Shown piece by piece: positions 1 to 8,787 of a DNA stretch of 64,000 nucleotides (position 1 is its first letter; every line of letters begins with the position of its first letter). The notes beneath the pieces are model-generated. The model made no database searches and was not told the DNA's origin. It worked only from the letters and a program-made list of their open reading frames with translations. Both the position numbers and the translations under genes were made by a program. Origin of the DNA: Chloroflexota bacterium (GTDB lineage Bacteria > Chloroflexota > Dormibacteria > CF-121); the NCBI GenBank assembly GCA_005889345.1, contig VBFR01000183.1, positions 1,315 through 65,314 on the forward strand. The letters are read 5' to 3'.

Positions 1-744
1 CGCAAGCCGAAGGCTCTCGTGGTGGCGACCGATGAAGACTGGCGGCCGGCCTTTCGCGTGGACGTGATCGCGAGTTACAAGACGGATCGCCTCGAGCGCG
101 GCGCCATGCCACCGGAGCTCCAGCCCCAGGAGCCGATCATCCATGCGGTCCTCCACGCGATTGGCGTCGAGGTGTTGGGAGCGGCAGGTTTCGAGGCCGA
201 AGACGTGATCGCCTCTCTGCTGCCGAAGATCAGCGGCAAGGTCGAGATCGTGACCGGCGACCGCGACCTCTTTTCGCTGGTGCGCGATCCGGATGTGACC
301 GTGCTCTACACGCAGAAGGGAATCGGCAACCTTCTAGTCGTCGATGAGGCGGAGGTCGAGCGCCGCTACGGCATCCCCGGTCGTTCGTACGGCGACTACG
401 CGGTGCTGCGCGGCGATCCGTCGGACGGGCTGCCCGGTGTGCCCGGCGTGGGGGAGAAGACGGCCGCCCAGCTGGTGCGTCGTTTCAAGGACCTCGACGG
501 GATCATCGCCAGCGGCAAGCTGGGTGATGTCGCCAACGCCTACATCCAGCGGGCACGCCGGGTCGGCGTCCCGGTCGGGATAGCCCCGGTCGCAAAACCG
601 AACGGGACGCGGCCTGCGGCACCCAAGGATCCGGTAGCGCTGGCAAAACTGACGGAAACCTATGGCATCGGCTCGTCGATCGACCGGCTGGTTCGAGCGC
701 TGGCCGGACCCCAGCCCCGAATCGTTGATACGCTTGGCGCGTGA
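1..744 (+). CDS. 5'-3' exonuclease (FEN/PolI N-terminal-like, standalone); 5' end lies outside the window
   Basis: H3TH motif GVPGVGEKTAAQLV and acidic active-site segments (VTGDRDLFSLV). The frame is open from base 1. It ends TGA 742-744, overlapping the next gene's GTG. Confidence 0.8.
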   Translation, partial: RKPKALVVATDEDWRPAFRVDVIASYKTDRLERGAMPPELQPQEPIIHAVLHAIGVEVLGAAGFEAEDVIASLLPKISGKVEIVTGDRDLFSLVRDPDVTVLYTQKGIGNLLVVDEAEVERRYGIPGRSYGDYAVLRGDPSDGLPGVPGVGEKTAAQLVRRFKDLDGIIASGKLGDVANAYIQRARRVGVPVGIAPVAKPNGTRPAAPKDPVALAKLTETYGIGSSIDRLVRALAGPQPRIVDTLGA

Positions 745-1010
745 TCGATCCCAAGCACCGCGTCACGATCGAATACTGCGTTCCCTGAAACTACCTCGAC
801 CAAGCCGTCGGTCTGGCGGCTGAGATCCTCGGGGCCTGGGCCCCGGTGATGATCGATGTGTCGCTGCGCACGGGGAGCAAGGGGCGCTTCGAGGTCACGC
901 TCGACGACCAGATGATCTTCAGCAAGGTCAAGTTGCATCGGTTTCCAAAGCGTGGTGAGATCCTCAAGCTCGCCGAGCCGGTGCTCGGACCGCCAATCGC
1001 CTGGCGCTAG
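741..1010 (+). CDS. SelW/Rdx-family selenoprotein (89 aa) with in-frame UGA (Sec) at 786-788 in a CxxU motif
   Basis: Translates as VIDPKHRVTIEYCVP-U-NYLDQAVGLAAEILGAW...GRFEVTLDDQMIFSKVKLHRFPKRGEILKL, which fits the Rdx fold signature (beta-strand, then CxxU, then a GxFEV...F.K.....P motif). GTG 741 is the first start after the in-frame stop at 726-728. It is missing from the ORF track because of the TGA. Confidence 0.65.
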
Positions 1011-1156
1011 CGCACAATTCACTCGTCCGCCGTCCACTCCCGTACCTGCTCGCGCTGCTGCTGGCGGCCGCGGCCTTCCAGTACTTCCGCCCGCTGCCGC
1101 TGACCGCGGCGACCGCGGTCGTCCCGGCAACGGAACGCCTCGGAAGCGCACCAGCA

Positions 1157-2206
1157 TTGCCCTGGCCGGCGCAGGGCGAGGCGGCCCTGTTCGTCGACGG
1201 CCTTGGCGAAATCGGGAGCTTCGGCGGACGATCCCCGGCGCCGATGGCCAGTACCGCCAAGATGATGACGGCGCTTATCCTGCTGGAAGATCATCCGCTC
1301 GGCCTCAATGAACCTGGGCCGACCATCACGGTCACGCGAGCCGACGTCAACACGTTCTACGCTCAACGAAATCAGGGGGAGTCCGTCCTGCCGGTGGTCG
1401 CCGGAGAGCAACTGAGTGAGTACCAGTTACTGCAGGGCCTGCTCCTGCCATCCGCGAGTAACTTCGCCGAGATGCTGGCAACCTGGGACCTCGGCGGCGT
1501 GCCGGCCTTCATCGCCCGCATGAACGCCCGAGCCACGGCGCTCGGCATGAGCGCCACCCATTACGCCGATGTCAGCGGCTTCTCCCCATTGAGCGTCAGC
1601 ATCCCGTCGGACCTGATCACGCTCGGCAAGACGGCGATGTTGCAACCGGTTTTCGCGCAGATCGTCGGCCTGCCGCAAGCCAGCCTGCCGGTCGCGGGCG
1701 TCGTCCACAATCTCGATACCCTCCTCGGCCAGCAGGGCGTGGTCGGGATCAAGACCGGGCACACCGACCAGGCGGGGGGATGCTTCGTCGCGGCGGCCGA
1801 CCTGACGATCGATGGCATCGCGGTGCGCGCGTATAGCGCGGTGCTGGGACAGCCCAGTGCCCTCGCGGGTGCTTTCGCGGCGACACGTACGTTGGTGCCG
1901 GCCCTGGTCTCGGCGCTCCATGCGCATACGGTGGTCCGCCACGACGACGTCATCGCCCGCTATCGCGCGCCATGGGATGAGTCGGGCAGCATCGTGGCGA
2001 GCCAGTCGGTCACGTGGCTCCTGCTCGACGGCACCGTCGTCACGCGCCAGGTGAAGCTCGACGACCTACCGGCCACGCTGCCGGCCGGAACGCGAGTTGG
2101 CACGCTGCTCCTGACGGCGGGCACGCGCCAGGCCGAGGTCCCCCTGGTAACGGCCACCGCCATCCAGGGCCCCGACGCGGGCTGGCGCCTGACGCGGGGA
2201 CTTTAG
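1157..2206 (+). CDS. D-alanyl-D-alanine carboxypeptidase (peptidase S11, PBP5/6-like)
   Basis: SxxK (ASTAKMM), SxN (PSASNF) and KTG (GIKTGHT) motifs. A hydrophobic signal-anchor (LPYLLALLLAAAAF) is encoded in-frame upstream (~1022-1156) with no canonical start codon, so the true start is probably upstream of 1157. Confidence 0.8.
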   Translation: MPWPAQGEAALFVDGLGEIGSFGGRSPAPMASTAKMMTALILLEDHPLGLNEPGPTITVTRADVNTFYAQRNQGESVLPVVAGEQLSEYQLLQGLLLPSASNFAEMLATWDLGGVPAFIARMNARATALGMSATHYADVSGFSPLSVSIPSDLITLGKTAMLQPVFAQIVGLPQASLPVAGVVHNLDTLLGQQGVVGIKTGHTDQAGGCFVAAADLTIDGIAVRAYSAVLGQPSALAGAFAATRTLVPALVSALHAHTVVRHDDVIARYRAPWDESGSIVASQSVTWLLLDGTVVTRQVKLDDLPATLPAGTRVGTLLLTAGTRQAEVPLVTATAIQGPDAGWRLTRGL

Positions 2207-2255
2207 ATCCGGCTTAAAGTTCGTAACGAGCGGGGCTGGTCAGCGTTCACGAGGC

Positions 2256-3491
2256 ATGGCGGCGTTCGCGGCGACTCGACCGGCAACTACCGGTGCGCGG
2301 GATCATCCGTTCGCCGGCGAGCGGCGCTTCAGGCTGTTTGCCGCTGCCGCGCTGGTCTCGATGCAGACCCTGGCCGCGGTCGGACTCGGATGGGATATCC
2401 AATGGCATCGGTGGCTCGGACGCGACTCGTTCCTGACGCCGCCGCACCTCATCATCTACACGGGCGTTGTTGGCGCCGGATTGATTTGCATTGCGGTCGT
2501 GCTGATCGAGACTGAGCGGTACTGGCGGCGGGTTCCCGGGGTTGACCGAACCTCGACCGTTTCCTTACTTGGCGTGTTCCACGCCCCGCTTGGATTCGTT
2601 CTCGCTGGTTTCGGTGCGCTCACCATGGCGCTGGCCGCGCCGCTGGACAATTACTGGCACCAGCTCTACGGCGTGGACGTGACCCTCTGGTCTCCCTTCC
2701 ACATGATGGGCCTGATCGGGGCCGGCATCGCGTACCTCGGCGCGGCCTACGCGCTCGCGTCAGAGCTGGTGCGTTCGCGCCGGGATGGGACCGCCGGGCG
2801 TCGCGTGATGATCTTCGGCTGGCCGGGCATCGCCCTCGGCGCGCTGTTCGCGCTGACGGCCGTGCTGCGCCTCGTTCGGGTCTTGATGGAGCCGTCGATC
2901 GAGACCTTTCCGACCTGGCAGCTTGGTCCCATCGAGGTGCTGACCAGCCCGATCGGTCTCACGCTTGCGGTGGTCCTGACTTCGATGGCCGCCGTCGTCA
3001 TGCTCCGCAAGCCGGGCGCCGCCACGCTGATGACCGTTATGGCGGCACTGTTCACCGCCACCGTGACCCTGCTGGCACCCATTGCCGTTCGTATCGTCGG
3101 TGATGCCTCCGGCTACACCTACCGCCTGCCAGGCCATCCACACATCAATTGGATCCAGGTGCTGCTGCCGTTTGCCTACGTGCTGCCGGCGATTGCGGTC
3201 GACGTCGCCTATCTGGCCCAGCTTCGGCGCTGGCATCGGATGCGAGCCAGCCTCATCGCCGGACTGGCGGGGTCGCTGCCAATGACGGCGATCGCCACCA
3301 TCCTCACCCTCGACGGCATCTCCAGCACGCAAGCGGCGCTCAGGATGCTTCCGGCCAGCTCCAACGACCTGCCGCCGCAGCCCGCCTTCCATGCGATCGC
3401 GTTGGGAGCTCTGCTCGCACTGGTCGTTGGTGGGTATGCAGGCCGGATCGGAGAGCAGCTTGGACGGATCTGGAGGCTGAACACCCGATGA
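2256..3491 (+). CDS. polytopic integral membrane protein, His-rich TM segments, function unknown
   Basis: About 10 hydrophobic helices with WHRW, NYWHQ and FHMMG motifs. Its stop overlaps the next start (ATGA). Confidence 0.6.
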   Translation: MAAFAATRPATTGARDHPFAGERRFRLFAAAALVSMQTLAAVGLGWDIQWHRWLGRDSFLTPPHLIIYTGVVGAGLICIAVVLIETERYWRRVPGVDRTSTVSLLGVFHAPLGFVLAGFGALTMALAAPLDNYWHQLYGVDVTLWSPFHMMGLIGAGIAYLGAAYALASELVRSRRDGTAGRRVMIFGWPGIALGALFALTAVLRLVRVLMEPSIETFPTWQLGPIEVLTSPIGLTLAVVLTSMAAVVMLRKPGAATLMTVMAALFTATVTLLAPIAVRIVGDASGYTYRLPGHPHINWIQVLLPFAYVLPAIAVDVAYLAQLRRWHRMRASLIAGLAGSLPMTAIATILTLDGISSTQAALRMLPASSNDLPPQPAFHAIALGALLALVVGGYAGRIGEQLGRIWRLNTR

Positions 3492-4060
3492 TGCGCCGGT
3501 GGCCGTCCGCACTGCTGGCCGTAGTGTGGCTGGGGCTGTCGGGCATCTCAGCCGCGGCGCAGGGACCGATCCGTTCGGAAACGCGCTACGCGGGCGCCTA
3601 CACGCTGCGAATCGACCTCTATAGCGACCCCGCTTTCACGGGTCGACGCCTGACCTTCGACGTGGTGGTGGCAGCAGCCGGCACCACCGATCAGCTCCGG
3701 AACCTGACGCTCGCGGCCTGGGCCATGCCCGAGGCCGGCACCAACGCGACCCCGGTCCGGGCCAGCATCAGCCAGGCCGGGCACGCCCTCGGGGGCTTCC
3801 AGGGATCCGTGACGCCGCAGGTGCGAGGAAGCTATCGTCTGCACCTGATCATCAGCGGGCCGGCCGGGACGAACGCCGTTGACCTGCCACTTCGCGTCGC
3901 GGCTCCGACCGCGATCCCGATCTGGCTCGCGTGGTCGATCGGGCTCTTACCGCTGCTCGGCCTGTTCGTGTTCGGGCTTCAGCAGCGCTCCGACCTGGCC
4001 CGCCTCCAGCTCATGGGTTCCACGGGGGAGGGCGGCGCATCAAGTCACGTCGTGACTTGA
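3488..4060 (+). CDS. secreted protein with C-terminal TM anchor, unknown function
   Basis: Signal peptide MMRRWPSALLAVVWLGLSGISAAAQG and a C-terminal helix WLAWSIGLLPLLGLFVFGL. Translationally coupled to the upstream membrane protein. Confidence 0.55.
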   Translation: MMRRWPSALLAVVWLGLSGISAAAQGPIRSETRYAGAYTLRIDLYSDPAFTGRRLTFDVVVAAAGTTDQLRNLTLAAWAMPEAGTNATPVRASISQAGHALGGFQGSVTPQVRGSYRLHLIISGPAGTNAVDLPLRVAAPTAIPIWLAWSIGLLPLLGLFVFGLQQRSDLARLQLMGSTGEGGASSHVVT

Positions 4061-6779
4061 TCCCCAGTTTTCGGTAGACATGCTGCAGGTGGGTCTCGAC
4101 CGTGTGCACGGAAACGGTGAGCCGCTGCGAGATCTCTCGATCCGACATCCCCTCGTAGGCGAGGCTGGCGACCCGAGCCTCGGCACCCGTCAGGGCATCG
4201 GGATTCTCTCGACGGCGGCGCTGGCGCCCGCCGACGGCGCCGAGCTCTTCGGCGGCACGAGTGGCGATCAGTTCGGCGCCAACCGAGTCCGCCAGCTCCA
4301 GCGCTTGGGCAAACGGTTTACGTGCCGCAACGCGCTCGCCCCGGCGTCGAAGGTAAACCCCGTAGCGTAAAAGGACGCGCGCCTGCAACGGTGGCGAGGG
4401 GACCGCGCGGCTCAACGCTCGCGCCTCTTCGTAGGCGGCCTCGACGCCTGGGCGATCACCGATCATGTCGGCTGCGGTGGCCCGCGCAAGTGCGAGCACG
4501 ACGCGCGGGCTTCGGCAGGGCAGGTGGCCAAGGCTTCCCTGCAGCCGTTCAACGATTCGCGCGGCATCCGACTCCCGATGGCTGACTGCGTAGGCGCCCA
4601 TCGCGTCGCCCATCCAGGGGACGACGCACGGCTCGAGGATCCCCGTCTGGTCCGCGAGGGCCTCGATCTTTTCGAAGAGTGCGCACGCGTCTTCCCGCCG
4701 GCGGTCCGCGAGCGCGAGCTGAGCGTCGACGTGCCAGAGCCACAATGAGCCGGGCCACCCGGCAATCGGATTTGCCAGCGAACGGGCCGTCTCGGTCCAT
4801 GATCGGGCCTCATCGAGCCGCCCCATCTCTATAAGGATGTAGCTGTGGGCGATGGCGGCCCAGAAGGCTCGCTCCGGAGCCAGATCGGCCAGGGCGCTGG
4901 CCCGGTCGAGCAGACTCAGGCCTTCCTGAAACCGCCCGGTACGGGCGCAGGTGTCGGCATGCATCACCGCCAGCGAGGCAATGGCTACGGGAAGGTTGAG
5001 TTGCTCAGCGGTCACCATGCCGGCCTTGAAGGCGCGTTCCGCCTCGTCATATCGCTCCATCCACTTGGCAACGTTGCCGTGGAGGCCGATCGCGCCCCAC
5101 GTCCAGGCGAAGTTGCCGATATCGCTGACAGGGTCCGCCTCGGCCTGCCGAGCCGCCTTCTCGATCACCTCGATTCCCTGCGGGTCACCCCCGACAAACG
5201 CCGAGAACGCCCACGCCGTTTCAGCGCGGATGCGGACGTCCTCGGACGCGTCGCGCGCCAATGCCTTCGCGCGGGCGGCAAGGGGTGTCGCACGAGCCGG
5301 CCCGACGGTGGGCCACGAAACATAGACCGCCTCCAGCAACGTGGTGACCGCCTCGCCCGGGTCAGATGGCGGCGAGGCGTTGACGGCCTGTTGGAATTCC
5401 CGCAGAGCGCCATCCGGGTCACCGCCGATGAAGCGGGCCCGTCCCAGCAACCGGCGCGCCGCCATCCGTTCGTCCTCAGCGAGCTCATCCATGGCGAGCA
5501 GCCGGCGGCAGATTGCCAGCGTTGCCTGGGCGTCGCCGCTCGCCAGCAACACGCCGGCAAGTGTCAGGAGCACGTCCACGCCGGCGCGGGAACCCGCCAG
5601 GGCCACAGCGGCCTCCAACCGCTGCCGGGCCGTGGCGAGAGCGCCCGCATCGCGCGCCTGGCGGCCGGCGCGTTCCAACACGGCGATCGCCTCAGGGTCA
5701 CCGGCGAGATCCGCGCGCATGGCATGTTCGGCGGCCTCAGCCGGATCGACGCCGCGCGCCAGCAAGGCCCGGAAGGCGATCGCGTGTTTGCCCGAGCGAA
5801 CGGGTGCCGGCACGCGCTCGTAGAGGGTCTGCCGCAGCAGCGGATGGGCAAATTCCGCCACCCCGTTTCTTGCGCGAACGACACCGCTGGCGAACAGGCT
5901 TTCCAGCGCCCCCTCCGCCTCGGGTCCTGAGAGTCCCGCCAGCTCCGCGGCCAGGGCCGGGCGGAAGGTGGTTCCAAGGATCGCGGCGGCGTCGGCGTAG
6001 CGGCGCTCGGAACCGCCACCGGCAAAGCGGCTCAGCAGCAAATCGGCCTCAGAATTCTCAACGCCCGGCGTTGATGGCGGAACATCCTTGCCACGGGCCA
6101 TCTGGATCGCCGCGTGCTCCAGGAGCAGGGGATTGCCCGAGGTCAGCGAAAACGCGCGGCTGACCTGTTCCGGTGGCAGGCTGCCGCCCACACGTTCCGC
6201 TAGGAGCGCCCCCGAGGCCTCCGCGCTGAGGAGATTGAGGCGCTCGATGCGGGCATCACCGCTCGTTGCCAGTCGTTGGGTCATGTTGAGCGCGTTCGGC
6301 GGCCCTGGTCGCAGCGTCCCGATGAGCGCGACCGGCAGCGGCCCGATTCGGCGACCGAGAAAAGACAGCAGACCGAGCGAATCGGGGTCCGCCCAATGGA
6401 GGTCGTCGAGCAGCAAGAGCACTGGCTCGACGCTCCGGCGCTGAAGAAAACGGAGCACGCCGTAGAAGCGGGCGGAGCGGGCATCGGTCCCGACAATGGT
6501 TGGCGTGCCCTCGGGCTCGATCGCGCCCTGGCTGCCCAGATCATCGAGGGCCTGGCTGAAGATCCCGAATGGGAGGGCGACCTCGGTCGCATCTCCCTGG
6601 CCGTCACCTACGACAAAAGTGGGTCCGGCCATTTGCCGGGCGCGATCGAGCATCGTGGTCTTTCCCAGCCCGGCCTCCGCGACAAGGAACAGCACACCAC
6701 CTCGCCCAGCTCGAGCCTCATCCAACGTGGCGTCGATCGCCGCGATCGCGGCTTCGCGCTCCCAAACCGGATGCCCCAA
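4011..6779 (-). CDS. LuxR-family large ATP-binding (LAL/MalT-like) transcriptional regulator
   Basis: N-terminal P-loop FLVAEAGLGKTT, a long TPR-like helical middle, and a C-terminal LuxR HTH (EARVASLAYEGMSDREISQRLTVSVHTVETHLQHVYRKLGI). Confidence 0.85.
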   Translation of the reverse strand: MGHPVWEREAAIAAIDATLDEARAGRGGVLFLVAEAGLGKTTMLDRARQMAGPTFVVGDGQGDATEVALPFGIFSQALDDLGSQGAIEPEGTPTIVGTDARSARFYGVLRFLQRRSVEPVLLLLDDLHWADPDSLGLLSFLGRRIGPLPVALIGTLRPGPPNALNMTQRLATSGDARIERLNLLSAEASGALLAERVGGSLPPEQVSRAFSLTSGNPLLLEHAAIQMARGKDVPPSTPGVENSEADLLLSRFAGGGSERRYADAAAILGTTFRPALAAELAGLSGPEAEGALESLFASGVVRARNGVAEFAHPLLRQTLYERVPAPVRSGKHAIAFRALLARGVDPAEAAEHAMRADLAGDPEAIAVLERAGRQARDAGALATARQRLEAAVALAGSRAGVDVLLTLAGVLLASGDAQATLAICRRLLAMDELAEDERMAARRLLGRARFIGGDPDGALREFQQAVNASPPSDPGEAVTTLLEAVYVSWPTVGPARATPLAARAKALARDASEDVRIRAETAWAFSAFVGGDPQGIEVIEKAARQAEADPVSDIGNFAWTWGAIGLHGNVAKWMERYDEAERAFKAGMVTAEQLNLPVAIASLAVMHADTCARTGRFQEGLSLLDRASALADLAPERAFWAAIAHSYILIEMGRLDEARSWTETARSLANPIAGWPGSLWLWHVDAQLALADRRREDACALFEKIEALADQTGILEPCVVPWMGDAMGAYAVSHRESDAARIVERLQGSLGHLPCRSPRVVLALARATAADMIGDRPGVEAAYEEARALSRAVPSPPLQARVLLRYGVYLRRRGERVAARKPFAQALELADSVGAELIATRAAEELGAVGGRQRRRRENPDALTGAEARVASLAYEGMSDREISQRLTVSVHTVETHLQHVYRKLGIKSRRDLMRRPPPWNP

Positions 6780-6828
6780 CTTCGCTCCCCGCGTAATGCT
6801 ACTCGCGGTGGCAAACGGTTACCGGATG

Positions 6829-7929
6829 CTAGTCAGGACTGCCCCAGCTCGCCGGCTTCAGGTCGATGCCATCGGGAATGAAGAGCAAACCGTCGGTGCG
6901 GCCGCGGCGATCGTCGACGCCGTATTGCCAGACGATCTTGTTCGTCTTTGGATCGATGACGATCACCCGGTTACGAAAGTCGTCGTTGAGCGCGATGTCG
7001 CCATTACCGAGGGCGATTGCGAGCGATGGGTGGTCGAGCATCCCCGGGCCGAAGCGGGGCGCATAACGCCAGACCGGCTGTCCCTTTGGGGTCATGATCA
7101 GGATCTGTCCGGGTCGGGCGTAATCGACCAGGAGGATGTTCCCGTCCGGCAGCATCTGCGCATCGGATGGATACTGAATGCCTGGTGCCCGGGTCGTCCA
7201 GTAGAGGGTGCCGTCCCAGCCGACCTCGCTAACCCAGGCGCCCAGGATCTCCGTGATCAGGACGTGGCCGTTCGCCAGCGGCGTGTCGCCGTTGGGCAGG
7301 CCGAAGGTCTTTGGCGGGTTGTGGGCGCAGTAGCCGGTCCGACCAAGTTGGGTCTTGATGGTTTTCGTGTCGTGATCGATGAGGATCACGCGGCAGTTGC
7401 GAATGTCCGCAACCCCAACGTTGCCGTCGGGCCACATGTAGGCGTCGTCCGGGCCATTGAGAAAGCCCCTGGCCGAGCCGTGGCGCTCGGACACGCCGTA
7501 TTGCCAGTCGATCCGATGGCTGGCGTAATCGACCAGCACGACCGCGTGCGACTCCTCCTCGTTGATGACGATCGATTTCCCGTCGGGGGCGTAGAAGGCG
7601 TCGTCGGGCCAGCGGAATCGCTCACCGGGCTGCAAATCGCCCGGCCGTGGGAATTCCCAGACGATCTTGCGGTCGGGCGTCACCTCGATCACGCGGTTGT
7701 TGGCGCGGTCGGCGATCAGCAGGTTGGCGGGCATCACGCCTGGGGCCGCAGTCGGCGGCGGTGCCGGCGTTGTCGCCGGGACCGGTGAGGGTGGTGGAAG
7801 CTCCTCGGCTTGCTGCGCCGCCTTCTGCGGCGCTGCTGCTGGGGATGAGCCGGAACAGCCCGCCAGGGCAAGGAAAAACGTCGCGAAGAGCGGCAGGACC
7901 GATAAGAACCTCTTAAGGAATGCCGCCAC
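6829..7929 (-). CDS. lipoprotein with beta-propeller (PQQ/ASST-like) repeats
   Basis: Lipobox LALAGCSG, a Pro-rich linker, and repeated NNRVIEV...KIVWEF / NRVIVIDPKTNKIVWQYG blades. Confidence 0.65.
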   Translation of the reverse strand: MAAFLKRFLSVLPLFATFFLALAGCSGSSPAAAPQKAAQQAEELPPPSPVPATTPAPPPTAAPGVMPANLLIADRANNRVIEVTPDRKIVWEFPRPGDLQPGERFRWPDDAFYAPDGKSIVINEEESHAVVLVDYASHRIDWQYGVSERHGSARGFLNGPDDAYMWPDGNVGVADIRNCRVILIDHDTKTIKTQLGRTGYCAHNPPKTFGLPNGDTPLANGHVLITEILGAWVSEVGWDGTLYWTTRAPGIQYPSDAQMLPDGNILLVDYARPGQILIMTPKGQPVWRYAPRFGPGMLDHPSLAIALGNGDIALNDDFRNRVIVIDPKTNKIVWQYGVDDRRGRTDGLLFIPDGIDLKPASWGSPD

Positions 7930-8041
7930 GCTACCGCGAAGTATAGGTATTCTGAAATCGGCCCAAGGCGCCGCACGTTTGGCAATAGGAAATCGCCTCG
8001 AGGTCCACGCGGTTTGCTACTGTGAAATCGAGGGCTCGATC

Positions 8042-8173
8042 ATGGGATTCACGAGCAAGCCTGTCAGGGTCATCGAAATACCGGAACCGGTGTCGGAGCC
8101 GTTGCTTGCCCCCGAGAGCGAGCCGCAGCGCACCGAGAGGGAAGAAGAGGTTCCGGTTACAACTCCGGCATGA
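8042..8173 (+). CDS. small acidic Pro/Glu-rich ORF (43 aa), overlapping the next gene by ATGA
   Basis: MGFTSKPVRVIEIPEPVSEPLLAPESEPQRTEREEEVPVTTPA; preceded by a GAGGG RBS-like stretch. The call rests on coupling only. Confidence 0.35.
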   Translation: MGFTSKPVRVIEIPEPVSEPLLAPESEPQRTEREEEVPVTTPA

Positions 8174-8766
8174 TCCCGGCGGTGGGTTACCGCTTCTGGC
8201 GGGTGGACCCTGACGATGCCTGGACGCGCGGCCGCTTGCAATCGCCCGTGGCGGAGACGCTCTGGCCGCCCCTGGACCGGCTCGACGCGGAGTGTCAAAC
8301 GCGTCCTGGTCTCCGTCTCGCCCGCGCCGGACTGCACCGCCACGACGAGGAGCGGATGTCGCCGGAGCCGGCGTGCAGCTGCGGCATCTATGCCTACCAC
8401 GACATCGCGCCCATGACTCGCGCGTTACGCGAGGAGCCCTATATGTTCGGTGGCGCCGTGCTGTGCTGGGGACGGATCGTGATCCATCCTGAGGGGCTGC
8501 GCGCCCAACACGCGCGGCCGCTGGCCCTCTGCCGGCCGGAAAGCCCGGGCGTGCAACAACGGACCGCTCTCCTTCTCCGCGAGGTCACCAGGGAGTATGC
8601 GATCCCCTTGCTCGAGCTCCGCGACCTGGTGGCGTACGCGAGCGAGTTCGGCGCCAGTTACAAGCCGGAACCGATTCCGCCGTCACGACGGGGCCTGGCG
8701 CGGGTCAGAGACGCCCTCTCCTGGCGTCAGATGCGACACCGACTGGGTAAAGCGTTCGGCGGGTAG
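8170..8766 (+). CDS. hypothetical Cys-containing protein (198 aa)
   Basis: Good codon bias, motifs ACSCGIYAYHD and VLCWGRIVIHPEG; I recognise no family. Confidence 0.5.
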   Translation: MIPAVGYRFWRVDPDDAWTRGRLQSPVAETLWPPLDRLDAECQTRPGLRLARAGLHRHDEERMSPEPACSCGIYAYHDIAPMTRALREEPYMFGGAVLCWGRIVIHPEGLRAQHARPLALCRPESPGVQQRTALLLREVTREYAIPLLELRDLVAYASEFGASYKPEPIPPSRRGLARVRDALSWRQMRHRLGKAFGG

Positions 8767-8787
8767 ACCCCGCTCGACGGTCGTCCG

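Noticed and set aside
6496-7788. 430-aa ORF on the plus strand
   Set aside because: It is antisense to the propeller lipoprotein gene (which has a lipobox and repeats); no motifs.
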